Position numbers and translations under genes: made by a program
Assembly: GCA_041660065.1 (NCBI GenBank)
Contig: JBAZXC010000001.1
Location: 392,535-456,534, forward strand
Direction of reading: 5' to 3'
DNA: 64,000 bases
Origin: Parcubacteria group bacterium
Lineage (GTDB): Bacteria; Patescibacteriota; Minisyncoccia; Moranbacterales; GCA-2747515
Shown: positions 29,106 through 38,009 of the stretch, piece after piece
Layout of the letters: every line of letters begins with the position of its first letter
How positions within the stretch are numbered: position 1 is the stretch's first letter
Notes under the pieces: model-generated
What the model was told of the DNA's origin: nothing
The model's input: the letters and a program-made list of their open reading frames with translations, nothing else
Databases searched by the model: none

Positions 29106-29144
29106 CAAAACCAAAAGCCGAGGACTGTCCTCGACTTTTGGTTT
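29106..29144. repeat. Palindromic direct repeat, copy 2
   Basis: AAACCAAAAGCCGAGGACTGTCCTCGACTTTTGGTTT full hairpin. Confidence 0.85.
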
Positions 29145-29174
29145 ATACTCTACTTACAGAAGTATTCAGGAGGT

Positions 29175-29867
29175 TTATTTGAATTGCGCTTCGCAATCGA
29201 TCTTGTCTTGTCCGGAAAGCATGTTACAGATCTGTTTCATGTCCACACCGCCACCCGCACCAGCACCCTCTTTTACCGGAGCGCTCATTTGTTCCATCAT
29301 TGCGCTGAGATCTGTGAATGTCACATTCGTCGGCGGGACAAATAGCGTCGCATCTGCATTCCATTTCTCGCAATCATAATTGTATTTCGCATTCATATCC
29401 ATTGCACCGTCACCTTTTATGTCCCCAGTATTTTCCTTTTGGATATTTCCTGCCGCTTTTGCGAGGTCTTCTTTTTCCATCTTCATCTTTGTGCCTTGTA
29501 GAGATGTTGACGTCCACATATATAACCATGTTCCATCGCTGATCGCATATGCCTCACCGATCTCCCCATTCACACCAACGGGCATATTCATCGTCTTACT
29601 GTTCATTTTTTCCCCATCAACATAGGTGATCCCACTCATACCGCTCTCGCCATCCTCCCATGTACATTTCACCGCGCCACCCATGAGCATGATGTCTTTG
29701 ATGCTTCCTGTCACTTTTTCACTTCCTTCTTTTACCTCTGCCACTTTTTGTTGTGCGGTATTTACCGTTTCCTGTATTTGCTCCTGTGCCGGCAATTTTG
29801 CACTGCATGCACTCAACATGATCACTGCTCCAAAAAGCATTGTCATGACAACGATATTCTTTTTCAT
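29175..29867 (-). CDS. Putative lipoprotein
   Basis: Lipobox LSAC; paired Cys; F.PP.NVTF.D motif. Confidence 0.8.
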   Translation of the reverse strand: MKKNIVVMTMLFGAVIMLSACSAKLPAQEQIQETVNTAQQKVAEVKEGSEKVTGSIKDIMLMGGAVKCTWEDGESGMSGITYVDGEKMNSKTMNMPVGVNGEIGEAYAISDGTWLYMWTSTSLQGTKMKMEKEDLAKAAGNIQKENTGDIKGDGAMDMNAKYNYDCEKWNADATLFVPPTNVTFTDLSAMMEQMSAPVKEGAGAGGGVDMKQICNMLSGQDKIDCEAQFK

Positions 29868-29940
29868 ATGTTGTTATTTAGCTAGTTATTTATATGCCTG
29901 TATTATACATGCAGTTTTTTATAGTGACAATATCTATCCT

Positions 29941-30039
29941 CGTCATCGCGAGTGAAACGAAGCGATCTTTTTGCAATGTGAAATTCTCGTCGGAGATTGC
30001 CTGCCTACCGGCAGGCAGGCTTCGTTCCTCGCAATGACA
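29941..30039. repeat. REP-like dimer with a nested 20-nt palindrome
   Basis: CGTCATCGCGAG...GAAGCGATCT / GAGATTG[CCTGCCTACCGGCAGGCAGG]CTTCGTTCCTCGCAATGAC. Confidence 0.8.
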
Positions 30040-30202
30040 GGTGTGTATTTTCCTATTACCAATTCTATTTCAACATAAAAAAGACCTTATGTATTCACAT
30101 AAGGTCCCAGATTGTATTCGCACAATCCTAAAGCGTTGACAAAAATTTGCCGATCTTAAGGACAAAGGATCCATAGTTCAAAGATCTCCACAGTTCTCAG
30201 GA

Positions 30203-30880
30203 CTAACTTGCGCAACACGCAGACGGACGGTCGGCAGCATACCGAAGGCCAAGCCAAAAGTGGTTCCATGTCCACGTGCCATCATCGCCCCGAAGGAGAA
30301 ACAGAACATAGCGCCAGCCATTCGAATCGCGAAGAATAAGACCAGAAAAGTCCAGAAAAGTGATTCCGAAATTCTGGTAGAGCCACTCGAGAGCGCCATT
30401 GATCCCATTTTCCTGATAATCTTCCCAAATGGCGAGAAAAACATTTCCTCCAAATCGGATGAGATCTGACTTTTTTTCTTTCAGACGACGGATTTTTTCC
30501 TCGCAATCGATCGATTTTTCCTTTGTCCGAAGACATGTCTCAAAAACAAACTTTGTGAGTTCAATCTCAGTGAGAGTCTCTGATCGCGGATCGACATCTC
30601 TCTCGCCGGTAAGTCCGTCACCATCAGCAGACCCCTTCCAGACAGTCCAACCTTTACCGAGAAACTCAGTTGGGTCAAACGGTTTGGTCAGGAGCAACTT
30701 TGAGTTATTGATAGTAAGACGAAATCTATTTTCTATAAAAGCAGCAAACAGCTTTCCTTTTTGATCTGGCGGAAGGTCAATAAAAGGCTGAACATCAACC
30801 TTAATTTTGTCCCACGGAATATCAACAGAAAATGATGCAATTAAACTGCGAGCTTGACCACCAGAGATAGCTTTACCCAT
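30203..30880 (-). CDS. Hypothetical protein, possible DGR variable (target) protein
   Basis: Aromatic-rich C-terminus with many NNY codons; GAGGAG SD; own promoter TTGACA (31059-31054), 17 bp, TACAAT. Confidence 0.7.
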   Translation of the reverse strand: MGKAISGGQARSLIASFSVDIPWDKIKVDVQPFIDLPPDQKGKLFAAFIENRFRLTINNSKLLLTKPFDPTEFLGKGWTVWKGSADGDGLTGERDVDPRSETLTEIELTKFVFETCLRTKEKSIDCEEKIRRLKEKKSDLIRFGGNVFLAIWEDYQENGINGALEWLYQNFGITFLDFSGLILRDSNGWRYVLFLLRGDDGTWTWNHFWLGLRYAADRPSACCAS

Positions 30881-31246
30881 GACAATTCTCCTCTTTACAT
30901 GTGCGCTTGACCACATCTGCGATATGCAGAATAAGCTTAACGCATTTATGAACGTAGATATGACACAATATAAAATCCTTTCTTTTGGAGAAAGAATACG
31001 AATTTACCATTGTTAATGAGCTAACGTTACATTGTACACCTAAATAGCCTTTTTGTCAATGTTTTTGACTACCCCAAATGCTTTCTTATCACTGTTTTTT
31101 TAAACAAATATGTGCGCGCTACATGCAAAAATCTCCCCTGCCCCTCTTTACAAAAGAGGGGGTCTTAAAAAATCATTTTACAAATGATGCAATGCGGAAG
31201 CAAGCCTCACAAAAAAACACCGCGTGTTGCGGTGTTCTTCTTTATG

Positions 31247-31480
31247 CTAGTTTTTGACAAGTTCGCGCAGATCGTACTGCTTGCCTTCTCTTTGCCACTT
31301 TTTTAGTGTACGGAGTGCAGTTGTCGATAGACGCACGGACATTTTTGTACCGGTAGCGGGATTGACCAATGTTCTCTTTTGCAAATTGATCATAAATGTT
31401 CTCCTTGTTTTCCTCTGGGAATGAGAAACATTATTTCCCACTGCAGTGCCTTTGCCTGTTATTTCACATATGCGAGACAT
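31247..31480 (-). CDS. rpmB: 50S ribosomal protein L28
   Basis: [10 protein letters not shown]...GNNVSHS.RKTRRTF..NL. Confidence 0.96.
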   Translation of the reverse strand: MSRICEITGKGTAVGNNVSHSQRKTRRTFMINLQKRTLVNPATGTKMSVRLSTTALRTLKKWQREGKQYDLRELVKN

Positions 31481-31509
31481 ATTTTTCCTTATAGTTAAAA
31501 ACGAATAAT

Positions 31510-31683
31510 TTATTTCTTTTCACGATATACTGTATGCTTTTTTGCTACCGGATTGAATTTTTTGACCTCAATTTTGATCCCGCGAAGCTTTTTGGTATTT
31601 TTGTGCGACCAAATAGTATGGCCTTTGCCTTTGCCTTCTTCATCACCCTGTGATACGAGTTTAATAAGATTGTCCTGTGACAT
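31510..31683 (-). CDS. rpmG: 50S ribosomal protein L33 (Cys-free type)
   Basis: KN.K...[19 protein letters not shown]. Confidence 0.88.
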   Translation of the reverse strand: MSQDNLIKLVSQGDEEGKGKGHTIWSHKNTKKLRGIKIEVKKFNPVAKKHTVYREKK

Positions 31684-31839
31684 AATTGCTATAAAAAAAT
31701 AAACAAACATCAACAAACGCACGGTATTATTTCGTGCTTTTCATGTATGAAGGTCATTATACACGATTTCAAAAATATTGCAAGTTCACGCACTTTTTAC
31801 ACAAAAAAACAACTCTACTTCTAAATTCACAATTGTAAA

Positions 31840-31950
31840 CCTGCCTGCCGGTAGGCAAGGTTGAAAATTATACTTGTGTGACCCCACGGAGAAGCTCACA
31901 CGGTGACACATCACCTTTTAAAAACCCACGCCTGCCTGCCGGTAGGCAGG
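31840..31950. repeat. Two CCTGCCTGCCGGTAGGCAGG-type palindromes and a 17-bp copy of the tRNA-Glu 3' end
   Basis: Palindromes at 31840-31860 and 31931-31950; TGTGACCCCACGGAGAA at 31877-31893 equals 32072-32088. Confidence 0.85.
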
Positions 31951-32073
31951 GTTTTCAATGCTTTCCTCCAGCAGGAAAACAATTGTTTTCCCGACCCCTT
32001 TCATTGTTCGATTTTTTCACTGAACAAAAAACAACAAAACGATATGTCCATTCTCATTTTTATTACTTTTTTG

Positions 32074-32145
32074 TGACCCCACGGAGAATCGAACTCCGGT
32101 TTCCAGGATGAGAACCTGACGTCCTAGCCGCTAGACGATGGGGCC
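32074..32145 (-). tRNA. tRNA-Glu (CTC)
   Basis: Cloverleaf GGCCCCA/TGGGGTC, anticodon loop TTCTCAT. Confidence 0.94.
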
Positions 32146-32242
32146 GAATTAAGTTAAAAGTCGAAAGTCAAAAGTCAAAAATAAAACATCAAAAAGATAC
32201 AAAGAGCATTATAGCAGAATCGTGGAAAAAATCAACTTACGC

Positions 32243-33523
32243 TTACAACGCCTGTGTCGGATCCTCTACGATTGCGCGTACGATCCTTTCCATGTGCATG
32301 CCACGCGACCCTTTGACCAAAATCACATCCCCTTGTTCGATATAATCGACAATGCTTGGAATGACCGTCTCCGCATCACTAAAATATTTCTTTTGTATAT
32401 GTTTTTGTTGCAACTGCTCATATGCATCGCGCATTTTTTCTCCCACAAAAAATACTTCATCAATCTTGTTTTCTTCCATGTATATTGCAACTTTTTTATG
32501 TTCTGCAACAGATATATCACCCAATTCACGCATATCCCCCACAATCGCGATCTTTCTTTCTGCCGGAATTTTCCCAAGTGTTTCAATCGCCGCTTTCATT
32601 GCTTTTGGCGATGCGTTGTATGTATCATCAATGAGGAGAGCACCTTTTTTTGTTTTAAGAAGTCGCATCCGCCCTGGAGATGGCACAAAATCCTCCAGAT
32701 CATTTATTGTTTCAATGACATTAAGATGCAATTCATGTGCAACAGCAAGAGCAGCGAGAGCAGCATAGATCATGTGCTCGGCACACAAGTTATGCAAACG
32801 CACAGGGATCATCTTGCCCTCATAATTCAATTTGAAAGACAACCCCGTTGTATAGCACTGTTGAAAACAAACATCAATGTCTGTGGCGACAAAGTCCGCA
32901 CCATGCACCGTACCATATGACAGACAGCGATTTTTGGTCTTCGCGCAAACATTAGCAACGTTACGATCATCAGCATTAACGATCGCCACGCCACCATCTT
33001 TCAACTTCGTTACGATCTTTTGTTTTTCTTCTGCAATATGTTCGATCGATGGGAAAAATTCACTATGCGCCGGTGCAATCGCCGTCAAAATGGCAATATC
33101 CGGTAATACGATATGCAAAAGTTTATCCATGTCATACATACGATCCACACCCATTTCCACGACAACAATCTCCGGATAACGCACAGTGCACAGCGCATAG
33201 ATCCATCGGAAAAAAACCTGCATTACATTCAAAACAGAATCCACACTGTGTTCAACGCCACAGATCGTCAAGGGAACACCAACTTCATTGTTATAATTTT
33301 TGCGCGTATACCACACTTTTCTGTGACGACGCAAAATATGCACGATCATATCTTTTGTCGTTGTCTTGCCAATGGAGCCTGTAATACCAATTACGAATGG
33401 TTTTTGTCGCCACAATACACTACGCGCCATCCACCGCAAAACTGTTTCACACACATAACGTTTCCATGAACTTTCTTTTATATCATTATTTTGAATCAAT
33501 TTTCTCTGTCGGTGGTATATCAT
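32243..33523 (-). CDS. murF: UDP-MurNAc-tripeptide:D-Ala-D-Ala ligase (start uncertain)
   Basis: GITGSIGKTTTK, NYNNEVGVP, DDTYNASP, GDMRELG, VKGSR. Confidence 0.93.
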   Translation of the reverse strand: MIYHRQRKLIQNNDIKESSWKRYVCETVLRWMARSVLWRQKPFVIGITGSIGKTTTKDMIVHILRRHRKVWYTRKNYNNEVGVPLTICGVEHSVDSVLNVMQVFFRWIYALCTVRYPEIVVVEMGVDRMYDMDKLLHIVLPDIAILTAIAPAHSEFFPSIEHIAEEKQKIVTKLKDGGVAIVNADDRNVANVCAKTKNRCLSYGTVHGADFVATDIDVCFQQCYTTGLSFKLNYEGKMIPVRLHNLCAEHMIYAALAALAVAHELHLNVIETINDLEDFVPSPGRMRLLKTKKGALLIDDTYNASPKAMKAAIETLGKIPAERKIAIVGDMRELGDISVAEHKKVAIYMEENKIDEVFFVGEKMRDAYEQLQQKHIQKKYFSDAETVIPSIVDYIEQGDVILVKGSRGMHMERIVRAIVEDPTQAL

Positions 33524-35261
33524 AAAAATTCAACAAATATTTCATCACCTGTCCAAATGTTGGTGCCGCACTGGACTCCGCCCATATAATATTTTTTGGA
33601 TTATCGATCCGCACCACGATCACAAACCGCGGATCATTGATCGGACCATAGCCCGCAAATGTACCGATCGTTTGTGTATCATCATAGCCCTTTTCACCGG
33701 TCTTTGCGACTTGTGCCGTACCCGTCTTTCCTCCGATCAAATATCCCGGTACATCAGCACGCTTTCCGTGCCCATTTACCACAACACTACGTAACATCTC
33801 ACCGATCTGTCGTGACGCATCCTCACTGATCACACGATGCACGGGATATGGTGGGATCACCTCTTGTGTGCCGTCTGAATACACTTTTTTTTCAATAATT
33901 TGCGGTTTCATCATGAAGCCGCCATTTGCCAATGCGCTGTATGCACTTGCCAGCTGTAACGGCGTCACAGTGATCCCTTGTCCGAACGATGCTGTATAAT
34001 ATTCCACATTCCGATTGATATGTGCAAGATTAGAAATGTTACCATCGGCTTCCGCAGGCAATTCGATACCCGTTACACTTCCAAAACCAAATCTTTCCAC
34101 ATATTCTTTAAATTTTTTGTTTCCTACCAACGTCTCCACATGAATGACACCCGTATTGATCGAATTTTCCAGAACTTGCGTCATCGTCTGCAACCCATAC
34201 ACCTTATCTTCAGAGTTTCTGATCGTATACTCGGCAGCTTTTATGGAACCTGTATCAACATACGTTGAATCTTTCGTCACTTTACCATCATCCAATCCCA
34301 TCGCCATTGTGACCGGCTTAAATACGGAACCACACTCATATTCATCCGAGATAGCGTGATTGCGAAACACGGCGACATCTTCCACTTCATTATAATTATT
34401 TGGTGTGAACATCGGATCATTTGCAAGCGCGAGAATCTTTCCCGTCTTCGGATCCATGACAATGATAGAGCCACCCGTTGCCTCATACTGCTTTATTGCA
34501 CTCTCCAATATCCTTTCAACCTCATATTGTACAGTATAATCGATTGTCAAATACATATCCGTCCCGTCTTTTTTTTCAGAAACGATACGATCCGTATTGG
34601 CGAGCCACCCACCACGTGCATCACGCTCCTGAACTACTTTTCCATCACTGCCTCGCAATTCCTCATCAAAAAATGCCTCAATACCATAACGACCTCGATA
34701 TGTCTCTCCATCCGATCCCACAAATCCCACAACATGCGATGCAAGCGATCCTCCTGGATAGAATCGGAAATATTCAGATAAAAAATTCAGTCCTTTGATA
34801 TTTTTTTTCTCAATGTCTTCCTTTTCTTCTTTTGTTATTTTATGTTTCAGTTCCTCATGGATATCATTTCTTTTGGCAATTTTTTGCAAGACTGCTCCTG
34901 TATCCAACTGTAGAGCTTGTGCGATCTGATCAGCAACCGTAGACATTTCTTCGTCAGGCACATCTCGTGGCGACACATATGCCATAAAATATTCTCGGTT
35001 TACACCAAGCGGATACACATCATCATTGTTTTTGAGAAAAATTTCTCCTCGAGAAGATAAGATATTTTTTTCAACCGTATGTTGTCGAAATGCCAAAGAA
35101 GAATATTTTTCGTATCCAAAAACCTGAATGAAGACCAACCGTACCACAACTACAAAAAATACCGTTATGACAAAAACAAAAATGACCGATGTGCGCGTCC
35201 AACGCATAGCATACCTGCTTTTTTCAGAATTTTTTGTTGTTGTATATTTCTTATTTTTCAT
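33486..35261 (-). CDS. Class B penicillin-binding protein (FtsI-like)
   Basis: SVFK, SIN and KTGT motifs; position in the dcw cluster. Confidence 0.93.
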   Translation of the reverse strand: MKNKKYTTTKNSEKSRYAMRWTRTSVIFVFVITVFFVVVVRLVFIQVFGYEKYSSLAFRQHTVEKNILSSRGEIFLKNNDDVYPLGVNREYFMAYVSPRDVPDEEMSTVADQIAQALQLDTGAVLQKIAKRNDIHEELKHKITKEEKEDIEKKNIKGLNFLSEYFRFYPGGSLASHVVGFVGSDGETYRGRYGIEAFFDEELRGSDGKVVQERDARGGWLANTDRIVSEKKDGTDMYLTIDYTVQYEVERILESAIKQYEATGGSIIVMDPKTGKILALANDPMFTPNNYNEVEDVAVFRNHAISDEYECGSVFKPVTMAMGLDDGKVTKDSTYVDTGSIKAAEYTIRNSEDKVYGLQTMTQVLENSINTGVIHVETLVGNKKFKEYVERFGFGSVTGIELPAEADGNISNLAHINRNVEYYTASFGQGITVTPLQLASAYSALANGGFMMKPQIIEKKVYSDGTQEVIPPYPVHRVISEDASRQIGEMLRSVVVNGHGKRADVPGYLIGGKTGTAQVAKTGEKGYDDTQTIGTFAGYGPINDPRFVIVVRIDNPKNIIWAESSAAPTFGQVMKYLLNFYDIPPTEKIDSK

Positions 35262-35345
35262 TGCTAGGACTTACGCGTTTGAGCACAGTTCGAGATGCAA
35301 TCAAGGATCGGCTGGCGAGAAATGTGCCAAATGCGCAAGTCCTAA

Positions 35346-35741
35346 TTACATTGCGCCATCCAGTGCAACATAGGTTTCCTTATCGATATACACCGGATCA
35401 GATATTTCTTCCATACCCTTATCTTTCACAATGCTCTCAATGTTTTCCAATGAGCGCAACTGTGCCTCCTGAATCGTCAATTGTTCATTTTCACGCGACA
35501 ATTCACTGATCTCTTTTTCCACTGTATAAATTTCTCCCCCCTTGATCGCAACATCATTTGCGCTAAAGAGATACAAAATTCCCGTCAAGACAACACAAGA
35601 AAAAACAAAAACACCAACTGACCCAAATCCTTGCGCCGTGGTACGTTTTTTTGTATTTTCTTTTTGTACACCGCGACGATACACGCAGTATGATCGTCGT
35701 CGTGCAGTATTACAATATGGCATGCCGGTTATATTAACCAA
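35346..35741 (-). CDS. FtsL-like cell division protein
   Basis: Single TM plus coiled coil between rsmH and the PBP gene. Confidence 0.65.
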   Translation of the reverse strand: MVNITGMPYCNTARRRSYCVYRRGVQKENTKKRTTAQGFGSVGVFVFSCVVLTGILYLFSANDVAIKGGEIYTVEKEISELSRENEQLTIQEAQLRSLENIESIVKDKGMEEISDPVYIDKETYVALDGAM

Positions 35742-35801
35742 CGTGCCCCCCTCACACGTTATTTTTTTGTTTTACCTTTTCCCGCGCCGTAAATTTTTAT
35801 T

Positions 35802-36749
35802 TTACACGGATAACTTCTGCACAACACGCAATCGTGCGCTTCGTGCACGCGGATTTTGTCGTACTTCCTCTTCTGATGGAGCAATCGGTTTTTTGGCAAC
35901 AACACGCACTGTCGGCACAATATTACATGTGCAAATCGGCGCATCCTCCGCACAAATGCATCCCCTCGCATGTGTACGAAAAACATTTTTTACCAATCGA
36001 TCCTCTCCAGAATGGAAGGAAACGACCACAAATCTTCCTGAATCCTGTAATGCTTTTATTCCCTCTGTAAGAAAAATCTGCAAATGCCGGTATTCATCAT
36101 TCACGGCAATCCGCAACGCTTGAAATGTTTTTGTTGCCGGATGTACTTTGAGCGATCGTCGAACACTTTGCGGGATCGCATCACCAACGACCTGCGCGAG
36201 TGCTTCGGTTGTTTCCAACGGACGGGATGCACAAATTGCACGCGCAATTCGCTGTGCAAATTTCTCATCACCATACGTCGCAATAATATCCGCAATATCC
36301 TCTTGCGCATACTGATTGACGATCTCCAAAGCGCTTACCACATTGTCCTGATCCATGCGCATATCGATCAACCCGCCATACTTGAAACTGAATCCCCTAT
36401 CAGCTTCATTGAGTTGGTCTGATGACACGCCAAGATCTGCGACAATTGCATCGACTTTTTCGATTCCTTGCTCTTGCAAGACTTTTCTTATATGAGAATA
36501 ATTTGAATGAACAATTGTGATTTCCTGTGCTATTTTTGGGTTGTGTGCGATAAACCGATCAATCGCTTTTTGATCCTGATCAAGTGCGATCAGCCGTCCT
36601 TCCGGTCCGATTTTTTCATGGATCATCTTTGCATATCCTCCGCCACCAAGTGTTGCATCCACCACCGTCATACCACGACGCAATTGCATCATCTCCAACG
36701 CCTCCAGAGCCATTACCGGTATGTGCTGTGTCTTTTCCAGTGCATTCAT
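35802..36749 (-). CDS. rsmH: 16S rRNA m4C1402 methyltransferase
   Basis: HIPV, VDATLGGGG, DLGVSS.Q, SFHSGEDR, NPRARSA. Confidence 0.97.
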   Translation of the reverse strand: MNALEKTQHIPVMALEALEMMQLRRGMTVVDATLGGGGYAKMIHEKIGPEGRLIALDQDQKAIDRFIAHNPKIAQEITIVHSNYSHIRKVLQEQGIEKVDAIVADLGVSSDQLNEADRGFSFKYGGLIDMRMDQDNVVSALEIVNQYAQEDIADIIATYGDEKFAQRIARAICASRPLETTEALAQVVGDAIPQSVRRSLKVHPATKTFQALRIAVNDEYRHLQIFLTEGIKALQDSGRFVVVSFHSGEDRLVKNVFRTHARGCICAEDAPICTCNIVPTVRVVAKKPIAPSEEEVRQNPRARSARLRVVQKLSV

Positions 36750-36769
36750 GAATATCCCGCTTTCCCAAA

Positions 36770-37204
36770 TTAATACATGCCAATCTTTCCCAAATTTTCT
36801 GCTATTTCATCCGTATTTTTCTCCGCATTTTCTTTATACTCTTTCCAGTTCTTTTCATCCCAGATTTCCAATCGATTGAATAGTCCCGCGACAACAACGT
36901 CTTTACCGATTCCTGCATACTGCTTCAAATAATCCGGAATGAGCACACGACCCTGTCCATCGGCATTTACATCTGTTGCACCTGCAAGCATGAGTCGCAC
37001 AAATGATCGTGTCGCAGATTCACCGATCGGCATCGTACCCAACTTTTGTGCCAGCTCTTGCCACACAACAAGTGGATAGACAAAGAGACATTTATCCAAC
37101 CCTCGCGTCACTACAACCGTCCCTCCAAGCTCTGCACGAAATTTTGACGGTAATGCCACTCTGTTTTTTACATCAACAACATGATTGTATTCTCCAATAA
37201 ACAT
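36770..37204 (-). CDS. mraZ: Transcriptional regulator MraZ
   Basis: MFIGEY...D.K.R..LP..FR; D.QGRVLIP; RLEIW. Confidence 0.97.
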   Translation of the reverse strand: MFIGEYNHVVDVKNRVALPSKFRAELGGTVVVTRGLDKCLFVYPLVVWQELAQKLGTMPIGESATRSFVRLMLAGATDVNADGQGRVLIPDYLKQYAGIGKDVVVAGLFNRLEIWDEKNWKEYKENAEKNTDEIAENLGKIGMY

Positions 37205-37226
37205 ATATGACACAACATCTAAATTT

Positions 37227-37273
37227 CACCACTTTTCACCACCTATCTGTTCTCTAGTGACATTCTACACCAC
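37227..37273 (-). promoter_or_regulatory. MraZ-box repeats
   Basis: GTGGTG-AAAA-GTGGTG (37242-37227) plus a third GTGGTG (37273-37268). Confidence 0.7.
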
Positions 37274-37327
37274 TTTACATTTCCCCGTCAAATTTTTAAT
37301 ATACCAGCCCCCACAAAAAATGGCCAC

Positions 37328-37347
37328 TTATCAACATCTTATCCACA
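37328..37347 (+). promoter_or_regulatory. Tandem DnaA boxes upstream of mraZ
   Basis: TTATCAACA (37328-37336) and perfect TTATCCACA (37339-37347). Confidence 0.6.
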
Positions 37348-37452
37348 GATCAGATATTTTGCTTAATTCCGTAAAATTGCACTATTGTCCCCCACAAGGA
37401 AAAAACTGAGTTTTGCTCAGTTTTTACAGCTTTTCTTAAAAAAGTTACATGA

Positions 37453-37932
37453 TCAACGCCCCCTCATGCCGGCAACACGACTGACACTAGCGCCCCCACC
37501 CAGCCGTGATGACAAATTGCGATTTGCACCGATGTTCAAATTCATATTCGTCAATGGTTTATGAGCAAGTGATGACGGTTTGACAATGGGATTTTTTTGC
37601 ATATCGGTTTTTTCTAGTGACATTTTCGGCGAGCAGTGTTTTTTTTCAATTCTTCCAAGATCAAAACTTTCCGCGATTGCATCAATACCCTTGCGGTCAA
37701 AATGATGTTCTCCATACTTATGATCTGCCAGGATCGTCTTTAGTTCTTTTTTTGTCACATTATTATCGCGCACATTCTTTAGTTCTTGAAAAATTTCTTT
37801 GGTCCGCGCATCACGATTGAAAACCGAATGGCGCGTATCACTTTCCTTTAATACATCTATTACATCACTGGTATGCATATTGCCACCAAATAATGTATTT
37901 TTCTTAAAAATCACTTTTTTATCATCTTTCAT
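37453..37932 (-). CDS. Hypothetical protein
   Basis: 159-aa ORF following alaS, hairpin downstream at about 37401-37425. Confidence 0.65.
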   Translation of the reverse strand: MKDDKKVIFKKNTLFGGNMHTSDVIDVLKESDTRHSVFNRDARTKEIFQELKNVRDNNVTKKELKTILADHKYGEHHFDRKGIDAIAESFDLGRIEKKHCSPKMSLEKTDMQKNPIVKPSSLAHKPLTNMNLNIGANRNLSSRLGGGASVSRVAGMRGR

Positions 37933-37940
37933 ATTTTTTA

Positions 37941-38006
37941 GACTTTAGCTAAAACTTTACAGACTTTTCACTTTACAAACTTTATGAACTTTCCACCTTA
38001 TAAACT
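37941..38006. repeat. Degenerate 9-nt tandem tract (ACTTTACAA-like)
   Basis: ACTTTACAG, ACTTTACAA, ACTTTATGA and ACCTTATAA units. Confidence 0.7.
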
Positions 38007-38009
38007 CTT

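Noticed and set aside
31878-32111. 77-aa ORF
   Set aside because: Overlaps repeats and the antisense of tRNA-Glu
33470-33523. Possible frameshift at the murF start
   Set aside because: An in-frame ATG overlapping the PBP gene by 38 nt, or a later ATG, explains it without a frameshift
37328-37347. Replication origin
   Set aside because: Only two clear DnaA boxes and no dnaA or dnaN nearby; better read as promoter regulation
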